From contig WRPG01000003.1 of the NCBI GenBank assembly GCA_009773355.1, positions 105,628 to 169,627 of the forward strand: a stretch of DNA of 64,000 nt, given 5' to 3'. A program made the translations under genes and the position numbers. The stretch is from Limisphaerales bacterium (GTDB lineage Bacteria > Verrucomicrobiota > Verrucomicrobiia > Limisphaerales > SXTU01). The notes beneath the pieces were generated by a model that searched no databases, was not told where the DNA came from, and saw only the letters and a list, made by a program, of their open reading frames with translations. This document shows positions 36,585 to 45,802 of this stretch, piece after piece. Every line of letters begins with the position of its first letter. The first letter of the stretch is position 1.

Positions 36585-38018
36585 ATGCCCTTCATCCACG
36601 ACGACTTCCTGTTGTCCACCGAGACCGCCCGCCGGCTCTACCACCAGTTCGCCGCGCCGGAGCCGATTCTCGACTACCATTGCCACCTCTCCCCGCGTGA
36701 CCTCGCGGAAAACCGACAGTTCAACAACCTCTTTGAAATCTGGCTCGAAGGCGACCACTACAAGTGGCGCGCGATGCGCTCCAACGGCGTGGCCGAACGC
36801 TTCTGCACCGGCGACGCCGAGCCGTTCGCGAAATTCCAAGCCTGGGCCGCGACGGTCCCGCACACGCTGCGGAACCCGCTCTACCACTGGACGCACCTCG
36901 AACTCGCGCGCTACTTCGGCCTGACCGACCTGCTCGACGAATCGAACGCCGCGCGCGTGTGGAACCAGGCGAACGAACAACTCGCCACGCCCGCGCTCTC
37001 CGCGCAGGGCATCCTGAAAAAGTTCCGCGTCACCACGCTCTGCACCACCGACGACCCGACGGATGACCTCCGCCATCACGAGTCCATCGCCGCGCAGGGC
37101 CTCGCCACGCGCGTGTTGCCCGCGTTCCGCCCGGACAAGGCGCTCGGCGCGAACCAGCCCGCCGCGTTCAACGCGTGGGTGGACCGCCTCGCCGACGCGA
37201 GCGACACGGACATTGCCGACTTCCCGGACTTCCTCCACGCGCTCTGCCAGCGCGTCGAGTATTTCCACGCGCACGGCTGCCGGCTCTCGGACCACGGATT
37301 GAACCACTGCTACGCGGACTTCTGCTCCACGCAGACGGCGACCGCGATTTTCGCCAAGGCCCGAAACGGCCAGCCCGTCTCGCCCGCCGAGCACGCGCAG
37401 TTCGCCTCGTTCGTCATGCTCTTCCTCGGCCGGCTCTACGCGCAGCACGACTGGACGATGCAGCTTCACCTCGGCGCGTTGCGCAGTGCGAACACGCGCC
37501 TCCTCCGCACGCTTGGTCCTGACACGGGCTTCGACTCCATCGGCGACTGGCCGCAGGCCCGGGCACTCGCCGCGTTCCTCGACCGGCTCGACACGGACAA
37601 CTCGCTCCCCAAGACCATCCTCTACAACCTCAATCCGGCAGACAACTACGCGGTTGCCACGATGCTCGGCAACTTTCAGGACGGCACCGTGCCGGGCAAG
37701 GTGCAGCTCGGCTCCGGCTGGTGGTTCCTCGACCAGAAGGAGGCGATGGAGTGGCAGCTCAACGCGCTCTCGAACCTCGGCCTGCTCTCGCGCTTCGTCG
37801 GCATGGTCACGGACTCGCGCTCGTTCATGTCGTATCCGCGCCACGAGTATTTCCGCCGCGTGCTCTGCAACCTCGTCGGCCGCGATGTAGAGGCCGGCGA
37901 GCTCCCGGACGACGACGCGCTCGTCGGCTCGCTCGTGCGCAACCTTTGCCACGCGAACGCGCGGCAATATCTTTCACTGCCCGAGGCGGTCGCGCCCGAG
38001 CCGATGGCTGTCCACTAA
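36585..38018 (+). CDS. uxaC: Glucuronate isomerase
   Basis: MPFIHDDFLLSTETARRLYH......ILDYHCHLSPRDLAEN..F.N..E.WL.GDHYKWRAMR is a canonical UxaC N-terminus. Confidence 0.93.
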   Translation: MPFIHDDFLLSTETARRLYHQFAAPEPILDYHCHLSPRDLAENRQFNNLFEIWLEGDHYKWRAMRSNGVAERFCTGDAEPFAKFQAWAATVPHTLRNPLYHWTHLELARYFGLTDLLDESNAARVWNQANEQLATPALSAQGILKKFRVTTLCTTDDPTDDLRHHESIAAQGLATRVLPAFRPDKALGANQPAAFNAWVDRLADASDTDIADFPDFLHALCQRVEYFHAHGCRLSDHGLNHCYADFCSTQTATAIFAKARNGQPVSPAEHAQFASFVMLFLGRLYAQHDWTMQLHLGALRSANTRLLRTLGPDTGFDSIGDWPQARALAAFLDRLDTDNSLPKTILYNLNPADNYAVATMLGNFQDGTVPGKVQLGSGWWFLDQKEAMEWQLNALSNLGLLSRFVGMVTDSRSFMSYPRHEYFRRVLCNLVGRDVEAGELPDDDALVGSLVRNLCHANARQYLSLPEAVAPEPMAVH

Positions 38019-38030
38019 CCTCCCACTCAT

Positions 38031-39380
38031 TTGAACGAAACCCCACCTCCCGCCCCCGCCCGCGTCGGCCACTACCGCTGGGTCATCTGCGCGCTGCTCT
38101 TCTTCGCCGCGACCATCAACTACATTGACCGGCAGGTCATCGGCATCCTCAAGCCGACGCTGGTGAAGGAATTCCAGTGGCAGGACGAGCGCGTGTATGC
38201 GGCCATCGTCTTCAGCTTCCAGCTCGCCTACGCCATCGGCCTGCTGCTGGCGGGCCGCGTGATGGACAAGATTGGCACGCGGCGCGGCTTCGCGATCGCC
38301 GTGGTGTTGTGGAGCATCGCCGCCATCGGCCACGCGTTCTCGGACTGGTTCCCGTGGCTCAAGCTGCCAACGGTGAACCTCGACGCGACCACGGGATTTT
38401 CCATCGTGATGCTGTCCGGAGCGGCGGCGGGTTTCGCGCTCGCGCGGTTCGCGTTGGGCATCGGTGAGGCGGGCAATTTCCCCGCCGCCATCAAGACCAC
38501 CGCCGAGTGGTTTCCAAAGAAGGAGCGCGCGCTCGCGACCGGCATCTTCAACTCCGGCACGAACGTCGGCGCGCTGCTCACGCCGCTGGCCGTGCCGTGG
38601 ATCACGCTGCACTGGGGCTGGCAGTGGGCCTTCATCGGCACGGGCCTGACGGGCTTTCTCTGGCTCGCGTGGTGGCTGTGGATTTACCGCGCGCCCGAGG
38701 AGCATCCGCGCCTGACGCCGGCGGAACTCGCCTACATCCGCAGCGACCCCATCGAGCGCACGGAACCCATCGAGTGGAAGAAACTGTTTCCGCACCGGCA
38801 GACGTGGGCCTTCGCCATCGGCAAGTTCATGACCGACCCCATCTGGTGGCTCTACCTGTTCTGGATTCCCGACTTTCTCAACCGCAACCACGGCCTCGAC
38901 CTCAAGTCCATTGGTCTGCCGCTGGTGGTCATCTACCTCGTGGCGGATGTCGGCAGCATCGGCGGCGGCTGGATTTCCTCCGCGCTCATCAAGCGCGGCT
39001 GGACCGTCAACCGCGCGCGCAAGACCGCAATGCTCATCTGCGCGCTGTCCGTGGTGCCCATCATGTTCGCGGCGAAGGCGGCGAACCTGTGGGTCGCGGT
39101 CGGTCTCGTCTCGCTCGCCGCCGCCGCGCATCAAGGCTGGTCGGCGAACCTCTTCACGCTCACGTCGGACATGTTCCCGCGCCGCGCGGTCGGGTCGGTG
39201 GTGGGCATCGGCGGCATGGCGGGGGCGGTGGGCGGGATGCTCATCGCGCTCATCGTCGGCGAGATTCTCCAGCGCACGGGCAGCTATGTGCCCATCTTCA
39301 TCATGGCCGGCTCGGCGTATCTGATTGCGCTGGCCGTCATCCACTTCCTCGCGCCGAAGCTGGAGGCGGCGGAGGTGTGA
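38031..39380 (+). CDS. MFS transporter, hexuronate transporter (ExuT)-like
   Basis: 449 aa with 12 TM helices. Anion:cation symporter family pattern (YRWVICALLFFAATINYIDRQVIGILKP). TTG start. Located adjacent to uxaC. Confidence 0.85.
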   Translation: MNETPPPAPARVGHYRWVICALLFFAATINYIDRQVIGILKPTLVKEFQWQDERVYAAIVFSFQLAYAIGLLLAGRVMDKIGTRRGFAIAVVLWSIAAIGHAFSDWFPWLKLPTVNLDATTGFSIVMLSGAAAGFALARFALGIGEAGNFPAAIKTTAEWFPKKERALATGIFNSGTNVGALLTPLAVPWITLHWGWQWAFIGTGLTGFLWLAWWLWIYRAPEEHPRLTPAELAYIRSDPIERTEPIEWKKLFPHRQTWAFAIGKFMTDPIWWLYLFWIPDFLNRNHGLDLKSIGLPLVVIYLVADVGSIGGGWISSALIKRGWTVNRARKTAMLICALSVVPIMFAAKAANLWVAVGLVSLAAAAHQGWSANLFTLTSDMFPRRAVGSVVGIGGMAGAVGGMLIALIVGEILQRTGSYVPIFIMAGSAYLIALAVIHFLAPKLEAAEV

Positions 39381-39384
39381 GGGT

Positions 39385-39445
39385 GTCAAGCGAATGGGGT
39401 CAAACGAATGAAGAGAGACAATTCGCTTGTCCCCATTCGTTTGAC
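39385..39445. repeat. 25-bp-stem imperfect hairpin abutting the pectinesterase start codon
   Basis: GTCAAGCGAATGGGGTCAAACGAAT (39385-39409), an 11-nt purine-rich loop, then ATTCGCTTGTCCCCATTCGTTTGAC (39421-39445). 22 of 25 positions are Watson-Crick, plus one G-U. The arms have 14-nt internal periodicity. Confidence 0.8.
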
Positions 39446-40432
39446 ATGAGCTTCCTCTCCATCTCACTTGTGAACCGACTTTCCTTGCCACTCTTCCTGC
39501 TGCTTGCCGCTGCGGAACCGCTCTTCGCGCAGACCAACCTCCTCGTCGCGCAGGACGGCTCGGGACAGTTCAAGTCCGTCCACGCCGCCATCATGTCCGT
39601 GCCGGCGGGCACGGCGGCGAACCCGGTCGTCATCCGCATCAAGCCGGGCATCTACAAGGAATCCCTCTACGTGCAGCGCGAGAAGCGGTTCTTCCGGCTC
39701 ATCGGCGAGGACGCGGAGAAGACCGTGCTGACCTACGACTTCCACGCGAACCTCAAAGGCCCCGACGGCCAACCGCTGGGCACCTTCCGCACACCGTCCA
39801 CGACAATTGATGCCGACGACTTCGTGGCCGAGCGCGTCACGTTCGAGAACTCCGCCGGGCCGGTCGGGCAGGCGCTGGCCATCCGCCTTGATGGCGACCG
39901 CGCGGTCTTCCGCGACTGCCGCTTCCTCGGCTGGCAGGACACCATCTTCGCGAACCGGGGCCGGCACTACTTCACCAACTGCTTCATCGCCGGCCATGTG
40001 GACTTCATCTTTGGCGGCGCGACTACGTTCTTCGACCGCTGCCGCATCCACTGCCTGCGCACCGGCTACATCACCGCCGCGTCCACGCCGCATGATGAGC
40101 GCTTCGGCTTCGTCTTCGCGCACTGCACCATCACCGCCGAGCCGGGTGTGAAAACCTTTCTCGGCCGCCCGTGGCGCGACCACGCTGCAACCGCCTGGCT
40201 GCATACGGAAATGCCCGACGCCGTGCGCCCCGCCGGCTGGGACAACTGGAACCTCCCCCACCGTGAAAAAACCTCGCGCTACGCCGAGTTCGGCAGCACC
40301 GGTCCCGGTGCGCAGCCGGACAAGCGCGTGAAGTGGGCAAGGCAGCTCACCGAGGCGGAGGCGGGCGAGTTGACTCCGGCCAATGTCCTGCGCGGCGCGG
40401 ATGGGTGGAAGCCGTCGGGAGACCGCCGTTGA
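39446..40432 (+). CDS. Pectinesterase (carbohydrate esterase family 8), 328 aa from ATG 39446
   Basis: Signal peptide plus CE8 signatures (VAQDGSGQFKSV, GWQDT, VDFIFG, LGRPW). Confidence 0.9.
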   Translation: MSFLSISLVNRLSLPLFLLLAAAEPLFAQTNLLVAQDGSGQFKSVHAAIMSVPAGTAANPVVIRIKPGIYKESLYVQREKRFFRLIGEDAEKTVLTYDFHANLKGPDGQPLGTFRTPSTTIDADDFVAERVTFENSAGPVGQALAIRLDGDRAVFRDCRFLGWQDTIFANRGRHYFTNCFIAGHVDFIFGGATTFFDRCRIHCLRTGYITAASTPHDERFGFVFAHCTITAEPGVKTFLGRPWRDHAATAWLHTEMPDAVRPAGWDNWNLPHREKTSRYAEFGSTGPGAQPDKRVKWARQLTEAEAGELTPANVLRGADGWKPSGDRR

Positions 40433-40443
40433 GTCCGTGCCAC

Positions 40444-40517
40444 GTAGCTCGACATTCCAATGTCGAGTGCGGAAACCCGTGGGCGCGGCGAATCTCGACA
40501 TTGGAATGTCGAGCTAC
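40444..40517. repeat. Nested palindromic element: GTAGCTCGACATTCCAATGTCGAG ... CTCGACATTGGAATGTCGAGCTAC
   Basis: Perfect 24-bp inverted repeats separated by 26 nt. Each arm is itself an 8-bp-stem hairpin (CTCGACAT-nnnn-ATGTCGAG). A second copy lies at 43095-43162. Confidence 0.9.
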
Positions 40518-40526
40518 TCCCGGAAG

Positions 40527-43037
40527 CTACAAACTGCCCGCCAGCACGCGTGTGGCGGCGGCGCGGATGCGGCCGTCCTGCGCGGCGAGGAGCTTGGCTT
40601 GCAGGTCGGTCGTCGGCAGGTTCAACGCTTGGTGAATCCACAACGCGGCGAGTTGTTCCTTTTCGGTCTTGAGCTTCGCGGTCCACGTCTTCAGCTCGGG
40701 CGCGACGGCGGCAGCGCCTTTCTCCACGAGCAGGCGGGTGGCTTGGGAAGCATTGAAGTGGTTGGGCGAGAGCAGTTCGTTCAGCAGCGCGCTCGTGCTG
40801 GCTTTGGCGAGCGCGGGGTTCTTCAAGCCGGCCTTGCCTTTCACCGCCACGCGCCAGATGCGCCCGTGCTCGCGGTCGCGGCGCGGGTCGCGGAAATCCA
40901 CCTCGCCGTGGTTGATGATGGGGTTGCTCCAGTCGGCGATGTAGAGCGCGCCGTCGGGGCCGAGCTTCACGTCAATCGGCCGGAACGTGTTGTTCGCCGT
41001 GCGGCAAATGTCGGGGCCTTGCTTGGTCACGTAGCCCGCGCCGGACTCGGCCACGTCGAAGCTCGTCACGCGATTCGCGCGGAAGTCGCACGTCACCACG
41101 CGGCCCTGCCAGTCGGCGGGGAAGTGCTGGCTGCGGATGATTTCGAGGCTGGCGAACTTCGGGTAGTTGCCGGGGCTGACGCTTTGCAGGATGCGCCGCG
41201 CCTTCGCGTAGGTGAAATACATCGCGCCAGGCACGCCCCAGTTGATGCCCTGGAAGCCCGCGCCGTCGGTCAGGAAGCTCTGGCCGAACTCGTCGAACTG
41301 GTGGCCCCAGGTGTTGACCCAGCCCTTGAAGACGACCTCCAGCTTCTGCGACGCCGGCTCGAAGCGGAAGACGCCGCCCGAGCGCAGGCGCACGACGCCG
41401 TGGGGCGTCTCGACCTCGCTGCGGGTGTAGATGGACTGGCTCATCCAGAGGCGGCCGTCCGGTCCCCAGCGCAGCGTGTGCAGGTTGTGGTGCGTGTCCT
41501 CCGTGCCGAAGCTGGAGAGGACGACGCGGCGCACGTCGGCCTTGCCATCGCCATCGGTGTCCTTCAAGTGCAACAGCTCGGTGCTCTGCGCGACATAGAC
41601 ACCGCCGTCGCCGGGCGCGAGGCCGGTGGGGATGAGCATGTTGTCGGCGAAGACGGTGGCCTTGTCCGCCTTGCCCGCGCCCTTGGTGTCTTCGAGCACG
41701 ACGATTTTGTCGTGCGCGGCCTGGCCGGGTTCGATTTGCGGATAGACCTCGCTGCTGGCGACCCAGAGGCGGCCCTGCGGGTCGAAGTTGATTTGGATGG
41801 GCTTGGCGAGGTGCGGGTTCTCGGCCCAGAGCGTGACCTCGAAGCCGTCGGCCACGGTGAACTCAGGGTGCGGCTGCGGCGTGTGCTTGGCGGCGGCGGC
41901 CTTGCCCCGGAGCGGCGCGGGCTGGAGTTCGGGGCCGGGCTTGAAGTTCGCGTCGTTGAGGTGCTTGCACAGCTCGCGAATCTTCTTCTCCTCGGCGGCG
42001 ATGAGCGGGTCGAACTGCGGCATCTCGACGGCGTTGTTGCCCTGCTCGCGTTTCCGGAAGCCGAAGATGTAGGCCATGTTCGCGGGGCGGGAGCGGTGGA
42101 AGAAGAACTCGTTTTTGCGGAGGATGACTTGGCGGAGGGCTTGAACTATTACCTGCTTCTCAGGCATCGCCCAGATGTGCGTTTCACTGGCAAAGAGGGT
42201 CTGTCCTAATGGTTGAATCGAACCCCTAATCCGTCCGGCAACCTGCTTGTAACCCGCTTCCGTCAGGTGAAGCCCGTTCTCGGTCAGCCTTTGGTTAGCT
42301 GCTTCAAACCGCAAATCCGTGAAGACGGCCTTGCGCTCGTTAGCGATGTCCTTGATGGCCTTCGAGTAGAGGTCGAGCTGCTCATTGTGCTTCGCCGGAT
42401 CCCGCAGCGGCGCAGGCAACTTCTCGTGCTTGATGGGCGACAGCAGCACCAAGCGGCACCCCGGCGAGAGCTTCTCAATCGTGTCCAGCAGCCGCTCGTA
42501 GTCCGCCTTGAACTTGGGCAGGCCCGCCGCGCCGTCGAAGGACGCCGCCATGCCGTAGCCGAGGAAGGCCACCGTCGGCCTGGCTTCCTCGATTTGTTTC
42601 TGGAGCAGCTTCCACGCTTCGCCCGGCGGCTCGTTGCCCGCCTGCGTGAGCGAGAGGCCCAGGCGCGATTCGCCCGCCGGCAGGTCCGCGCTCCAGCCGA
42701 GGTTGCGGAAGGTGACGTGGCGGTCCGGGAAGCGCGTGGTGAGCATCAGCTCGATCCAGCCGTAGTGCTGCTCGCGCTCGATGAGCGTGTCGCCCAGGAA
42801 GATGACGCGGTCGCCGTCCTTCAGCTCGAAGGGCGCGGCGGCGCGGACGGAAGTGACAGCGGCGCACGCAAGCGCCAGCAGACATACGGTGCGGCGGAGC
42901 GCAGGTGTCCAACCTGCGGGTCGGGGGCGGGCGGCAACGCGCCGGTTGGACACCGGCGCTCCGGCGGGAATGCGTGGCGTCACGGACGGCGATTGCAAAT
43001 CGCCGGCACGGGGGGCGGACAGGAACCATCGGGTCAT
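40527..43037 (-). CDS. SGNH/GDSL hydrolase fused to PVC-type membrane-bound dehydrogenase (beta-propeller) domain and HEAT repeats; start uncertain (ATG 43037 or GTG 42953)
   Basis: GDSL block (DGDRVIFLGDTL), then the dehydrogenase-domain pattern (FEVTLWAENPHLAKPIQINFDPQGRLWVA...DTDGDGKAD). The track start 43106 lies inside a repeat arm and is rejected. Confidence 0.8.
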   Translation of the reverse strand: MTRWFLSAPRAGDLQSPSVTPRIPAGAPVSNRRVAARPRPAGWTPALRRTVCLLALACAAVTSVRAAAPFELKDGDRVIFLGDTLIEREQHYGWIELMLTTRFPDRHVTFRNLGWSADLPAGESRLGLSLTQAGNEPPGEAWKLLQKQIEEARPTVAFLGYGMAASFDGAAGLPKFKADYERLLDTIEKLSPGCRLVLLSPIKHEKLPAPLRDPAKHNEQLDLYSKAIKDIANERKAVFTDLRFEAANQRLTENGLHLTEAGYKQVAGRIRGSIQPLGQTLFASETHIWAMPEKQVIVQALRQVILRKNEFFFHRSRPANMAYIFGFRKREQGNNAVEMPQFDPLIAAEEKKIRELCKHLNDANFKPGPELQPAPLRGKAAAAKHTPQPHPEFTVADGFEVTLWAENPHLAKPIQINFDPQGRLWVASSEVYPQIEPGQAAHDKIVVLEDTKGAGKADKATVFADNMLIPTGLAPGDGGVYVAQSTELLHLKDTDGDGKADVRRVVLSSFGTEDTHHNLHTLRWGPDGRLWMSQSIYTRSEVETPHGVVRLRSGGVFRFEPASQKLEVVFKGWVNTWGHQFDEFGQSFLTDGAGFQGINWGVPGAMYFTYAKARRILQSVSPGNYPKFASLEIIRSQHFPADWQGRVVTCDFRANRVTSFDVAESGAGYVTKQGPDICRTANNTFRPIDVKLGPDGALYIADWSNPIINHGEVDFRDPRRDREHGRIWRVAVKGKAGLKNPALAKASTSALLNELLSPNHFNASQATRLLVEKGAAAVAPELKTWTAKLKTEKEQLAALWIHQALNLPTTDLQAKLLAAQDGRIRAAATRVLAGSL

Positions 43038-43094
43038 AGTGCGGACGAGCGTGCCAAAGGAGCGCGGGAAGGGAAGCGGGAAGTTGCGGGGCGG

Positions 43095-43162
43095 GTAGCT
43101 CGACATTCCAATGTCGAACCGGTGTCCTGCGTCCTCCTCTCGACATTGGAATGTCGAGCTAC
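43095..43162. repeat. Second copy of the nested palindromic element (GTAGCTCGACATTCCAATGTCGA ... CTCGACATTGGAATGTCGAGCTAC)
   Basis: Same arms as 40444-40517 with a different spacer. Read directly. Confidence 0.9.
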
Positions 43163-43232
43163 GCAGGCTGCGCCACAGCGTCGGCGAGAATCAGCTTGCG
43201 CCCGCACGGGCGAAGCCGCCTAGAGTCGGCGC

Positions 43233-43580
43233 ATGAAATTCAAAGTCCTGCTGGGCTGCGTCGTGCTGGCCTTGGCTGTGTCTGCGTGCCGTAGGAAGCC
43301 AGCACCCACTCCGGTGTCCGTGGAGCCGCTGCCGCCGCAACCAGCCGCCAAATTGGCGGATGGCACCCCGATAGCCGGCAATGAGGCGGAAATGGCGCTC
43401 TCCAATGCCTCGGTGCTGACCATGATGCTACAGGAGTTCGTCGCCAAGAACGGACGCCTTCCAAACAACGTGCAGGAACTTTCCGCAATCACCACCTTCG
43501 GGGCCGTGCCACGGCCTCCCGCAGGCTACCGGTTTGAAATCGACGGGAAGAAAAAGGCCGTCATCGCGGTAAAGCAGTGA
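43233..43580 (+). CDS. Small lipoprotein-like hypothetical protein
   Basis: Lipobox-like LALAVSAC. The C-terminal ...VPRPPAGYRFEIDGKKKAVIAVKQ resembles the tail of the 53291..53746 product. Confidence 0.6.
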   Translation: MKFKVLLGCVVLALAVSACRRKPAPTPVSVEPLPPQPAAKLADGTPIAGNEAEMALSNASVLTMMLQEFVAKNGRLPNNVQELSAITTFGAVPRPPAGYRFEIDGKKKAVIAVKQ

Positions 43581-43595
43581 CCGGCCCAACCGCAT

Positions 43596-44372
43596 TCACT
43601 CGACCACATTCAGCGGTATTGTTCGCGGCGTCCAATTCGCATGCCATTTGAGATCCCAAAGTTTGGGCACCTTCACATACTCGACATGCCCATCGAACAT
43701 GACCGCGTTGACCCCAAATCCGTGCCGTGAAATAGCCACACGTGCCATTGCTGAATTGTTTCCTCCCCAGAGGGCGCGCGGCGGTTCGGCGTCGTTGGGG
43801 TTGGGCCAGGTATCCACCCACCCACCATCGGTGAACAACGGCTGGCTCGCTGGAGTGCCATCCTCAGCGTTCCTGAAGTAGTTGGCCGTGTTGTTTCCGC
43901 TGGTGCGGAGCTGATACCAAGAGTTGATGGTGTAGCTGCCCGTGGTTCCCCCCATGAAACCCGCTCCCCACCAAGCTGCATGGGCAGGCCACGGGTTTGC
44001 AGTGGGTGCTCCACCGTGATTGACTGGGAACCCAGCGCCGGGTTTGGCCCGCGTGCTCGGGCAAAGCCACACTTTGTCGCTCGACAGGCTGGAATTGGAT
44101 CGGAGCATCGGAATCCAGAAGGTGCCGACAGGAATACTGTTGGCGTCGTCGTAAGGCATCACCTTCTCGGTGTAGGTGCTTACATACAGGGCCATGGACA
44201 TCCCAAGCTGCTTGATGTTGTTCACCGATTGCGCGGCCTTGGCCTTCTCCTTGGCCTTGCTCAACGCCGGCAAGAGCATCCCCGCCAAGATGGCGATGAT
44301 GGCGATGACGACGAGCAGTTCGATGAGGGTGAAGGCGATTTGCTCGCGGCGGCTGGATGAGAGGGCTTTCAT
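43596..44372 (-). CDS. Prepilin-type N-terminal cleavage/methylation domain protein (DUF1559-like)
   Basis: [34 protein letters not shown]-terminus and a C-terminal [17 protein letters not shown] (H-X9-DG-like) motif. Confidence 0.88.
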   Translation of the reverse strand: MKALSSSRREQIAFTLIELLVVIAIIAILAGMLLPALSKAKEKAKAAQSVNNIKQLGMSMALYVSTYTEKVMPYDDANSIPVGTFWIPMLRSNSSLSSDKVWLCPSTRAKPGAGFPVNHGGAPTANPWPAHAAWWGAGFMGGTTGSYTINSWYQLRTSGNNTANYFRNAEDGTPASQPLFTDGGWVDTWPNPNDAEPPRALWGGNNSAMARVAISRHGFGVNAVMFDGHVEYVKVPKLWDLKWHANWTPRTIPLNVVE

Positions 44373-44423
44373 GTCGTTCGGCGGCCTGACTGACGGGGAA
44401 CGTCCCTGCCGACTTCACCTCTG

Positions 44424-45569
44424 TCAAGCCCGCCGCACCTGCCGCAGCACGCGCGGGAGCAGGGCGCAGACGGTTTCCACCTCCTCCGCCGTGCTGGCGC
44501 GGCCCAGCGAGAGGCGCACGAGGGCGTTGGCCTCGGCGGCGGGCGCGCCCAACGCCAGCATGACGTGCGAGGGCTCCAACGAACCGGCGGCGCACGCCGA
44601 GCCGCTCGACGCGCAGACGCCTTCCATGTCCAGCGCGGCCATCAAGGCGATGCTGTCCGTGCCTTCCACGGTGAAGGAAACGGTGTTCGCCAACCGCTGC
44701 TCGCGCGCGCCGCGGAAGTGCGCGCCTTCGCACGCGTCCACCGCCGCCAGCAGCCGCGCGGTGAGCGGGGCAAGGTGCGTTCGCTCGAACACCGGCACGC
44801 GCACGAAGCGCTCCAGTGCGTCGGTGAAGCCGATGATGGCCGGCAGGTTCTCCGTGCCGGCGCGGCGTTCGTGCTCGTGCGCGCCGCCGAACTGCACCGG
44901 GTCCGGATGCAGCGGCGAGCGGAGGTAGAGCGCGCCCGCGCCCTTTGGCCCGTGGAACTTGTGCGCGCAGATGGAGACGAGGTCGGCGTTGAACTGGTGG
45001 ACGTTCGCGAACGGCTCCTTGCCGAACCACTGCACGGCATCGGTGTGGAAGAGGATTCCCCGCTCGCGGCAAAGCGCGCCGAGTTCCGCAACGGGCTGGA
45101 GCGTGCCGGTCTCGTTGTTCGCGGCCATCACGCTGACGAGCGTGGTGTCGGGACGGAGCGCGCGGCGGAGGTCGTCCACGCTCACGCGACCCGTGGCGTC
45201 CACCGGCAGGCGCGTGACGGAGAAACCTTCCTTGCGCTCCAGGTAGTCGAAGCAGTGCAGCACCGCGTGGTGCTCGACGCTCGACGTGATGAGGTGCCGG
45301 CCCTTCTCGCGCAGCAAGCGGGCGGTGCCGAAGACCGCGAGATTGCTGCTCTCCGTGCCGCCGCTGGTGAAGACGACTTCGCTGCCCTTGCAGCCGAGCA
45401 CGGCGGCGCAGTGGTCGCGCGCGTCATCCAGCAAGGCCCGCGCGCGGCGGCCGACGTGGTGGACGCTCGAGGGGTTGCCCCAGACTTCGTCGAGGAACGG
45501 CAGCATCGCCGCGCGGACCTGCGGGTCCAGCGGCGTGGTGGCGTTGTAGTCGAAGTAAATGGTGCGCAT
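44424..45569 (-). CDS. Cysteine desulfurase (NifS/IscS family)
   Basis: MRTIYFDYNATTP...GNPSS.H..G and the PLP-lysine region SICAHKFHGPKG. 381 aa. Confidence 0.9.
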   Translation of the reverse strand: MRTIYFDYNATTPLDPQVRAAMLPFLDEVWGNPSSVHHVGRRARALLDDARDHCAAVLGCKGSEVVFTSGGTESSNLAVFGTARLLREKGRHLITSSVEHHAVLHCFDYLERKEGFSVTRLPVDATGRVSVDDLRRALRPDTTLVSVMAANNETGTLQPVAELGALCRERGILFHTDAVQWFGKEPFANVHQFNADLVSICAHKFHGPKGAGALYLRSPLHPDPVQFGGAHEHERRAGTENLPAIIGFTDALERFVRVPVFERTHLAPLTARLLAAVDACEGAHFRGAREQRLANTVSFTVEGTDSIALMAALDMEGVCASSGSACAAGSLEPSHVMLALGAPAAEANALVRLSLGRASTAEEVETVCALLPRVLRQVRRA

Positions 45570-45621
45570 GGAAATGGATGCGTCTCAGGAGGGTTGGAAA
45601 GGCAGGCAAGGCTCCTGCGGT

Positions 45622-45771
45622 CCGCCGCGTCTTGGACTGCGGTGGCAGAGCGCAGCGGCGACACCGCTTTGGCTTCCCGCGGAGTGGAAAGCCTCCGCAT
45701 CACCAAACCGCTCCGCGGGACGGGAAAGCGGCGTGGCGCTCCGCTTCCCGCCGCAGTCCAAGACGCGGCGG
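45622..45771. repeat. About 150-bp imperfect palindromic element
   Basis: The termini CCGCCGCGTCTTGGACTGCGG (45622-45642) and CCGCAGTCCAAGACGCGGCGG (45751-45771) are perfect reverse complements. The interior is also largely self-complementary. Confidence 0.8.
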
Positions 45772-45802
45772 AACTCCGAACGGTGCTTGGCTGAAAGCGC
45801 GC

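Noticed and set aside
43038-43106. ATG starts at 43106, 48915, 26585, 30515 and 62702 used by the track
   Set aside because: Each lies inside a palindromic repeat arm (for example ATGTCGAGC from the CTCGACAT hairpin). Downstream starts give canonical N-termini or signal peptides.
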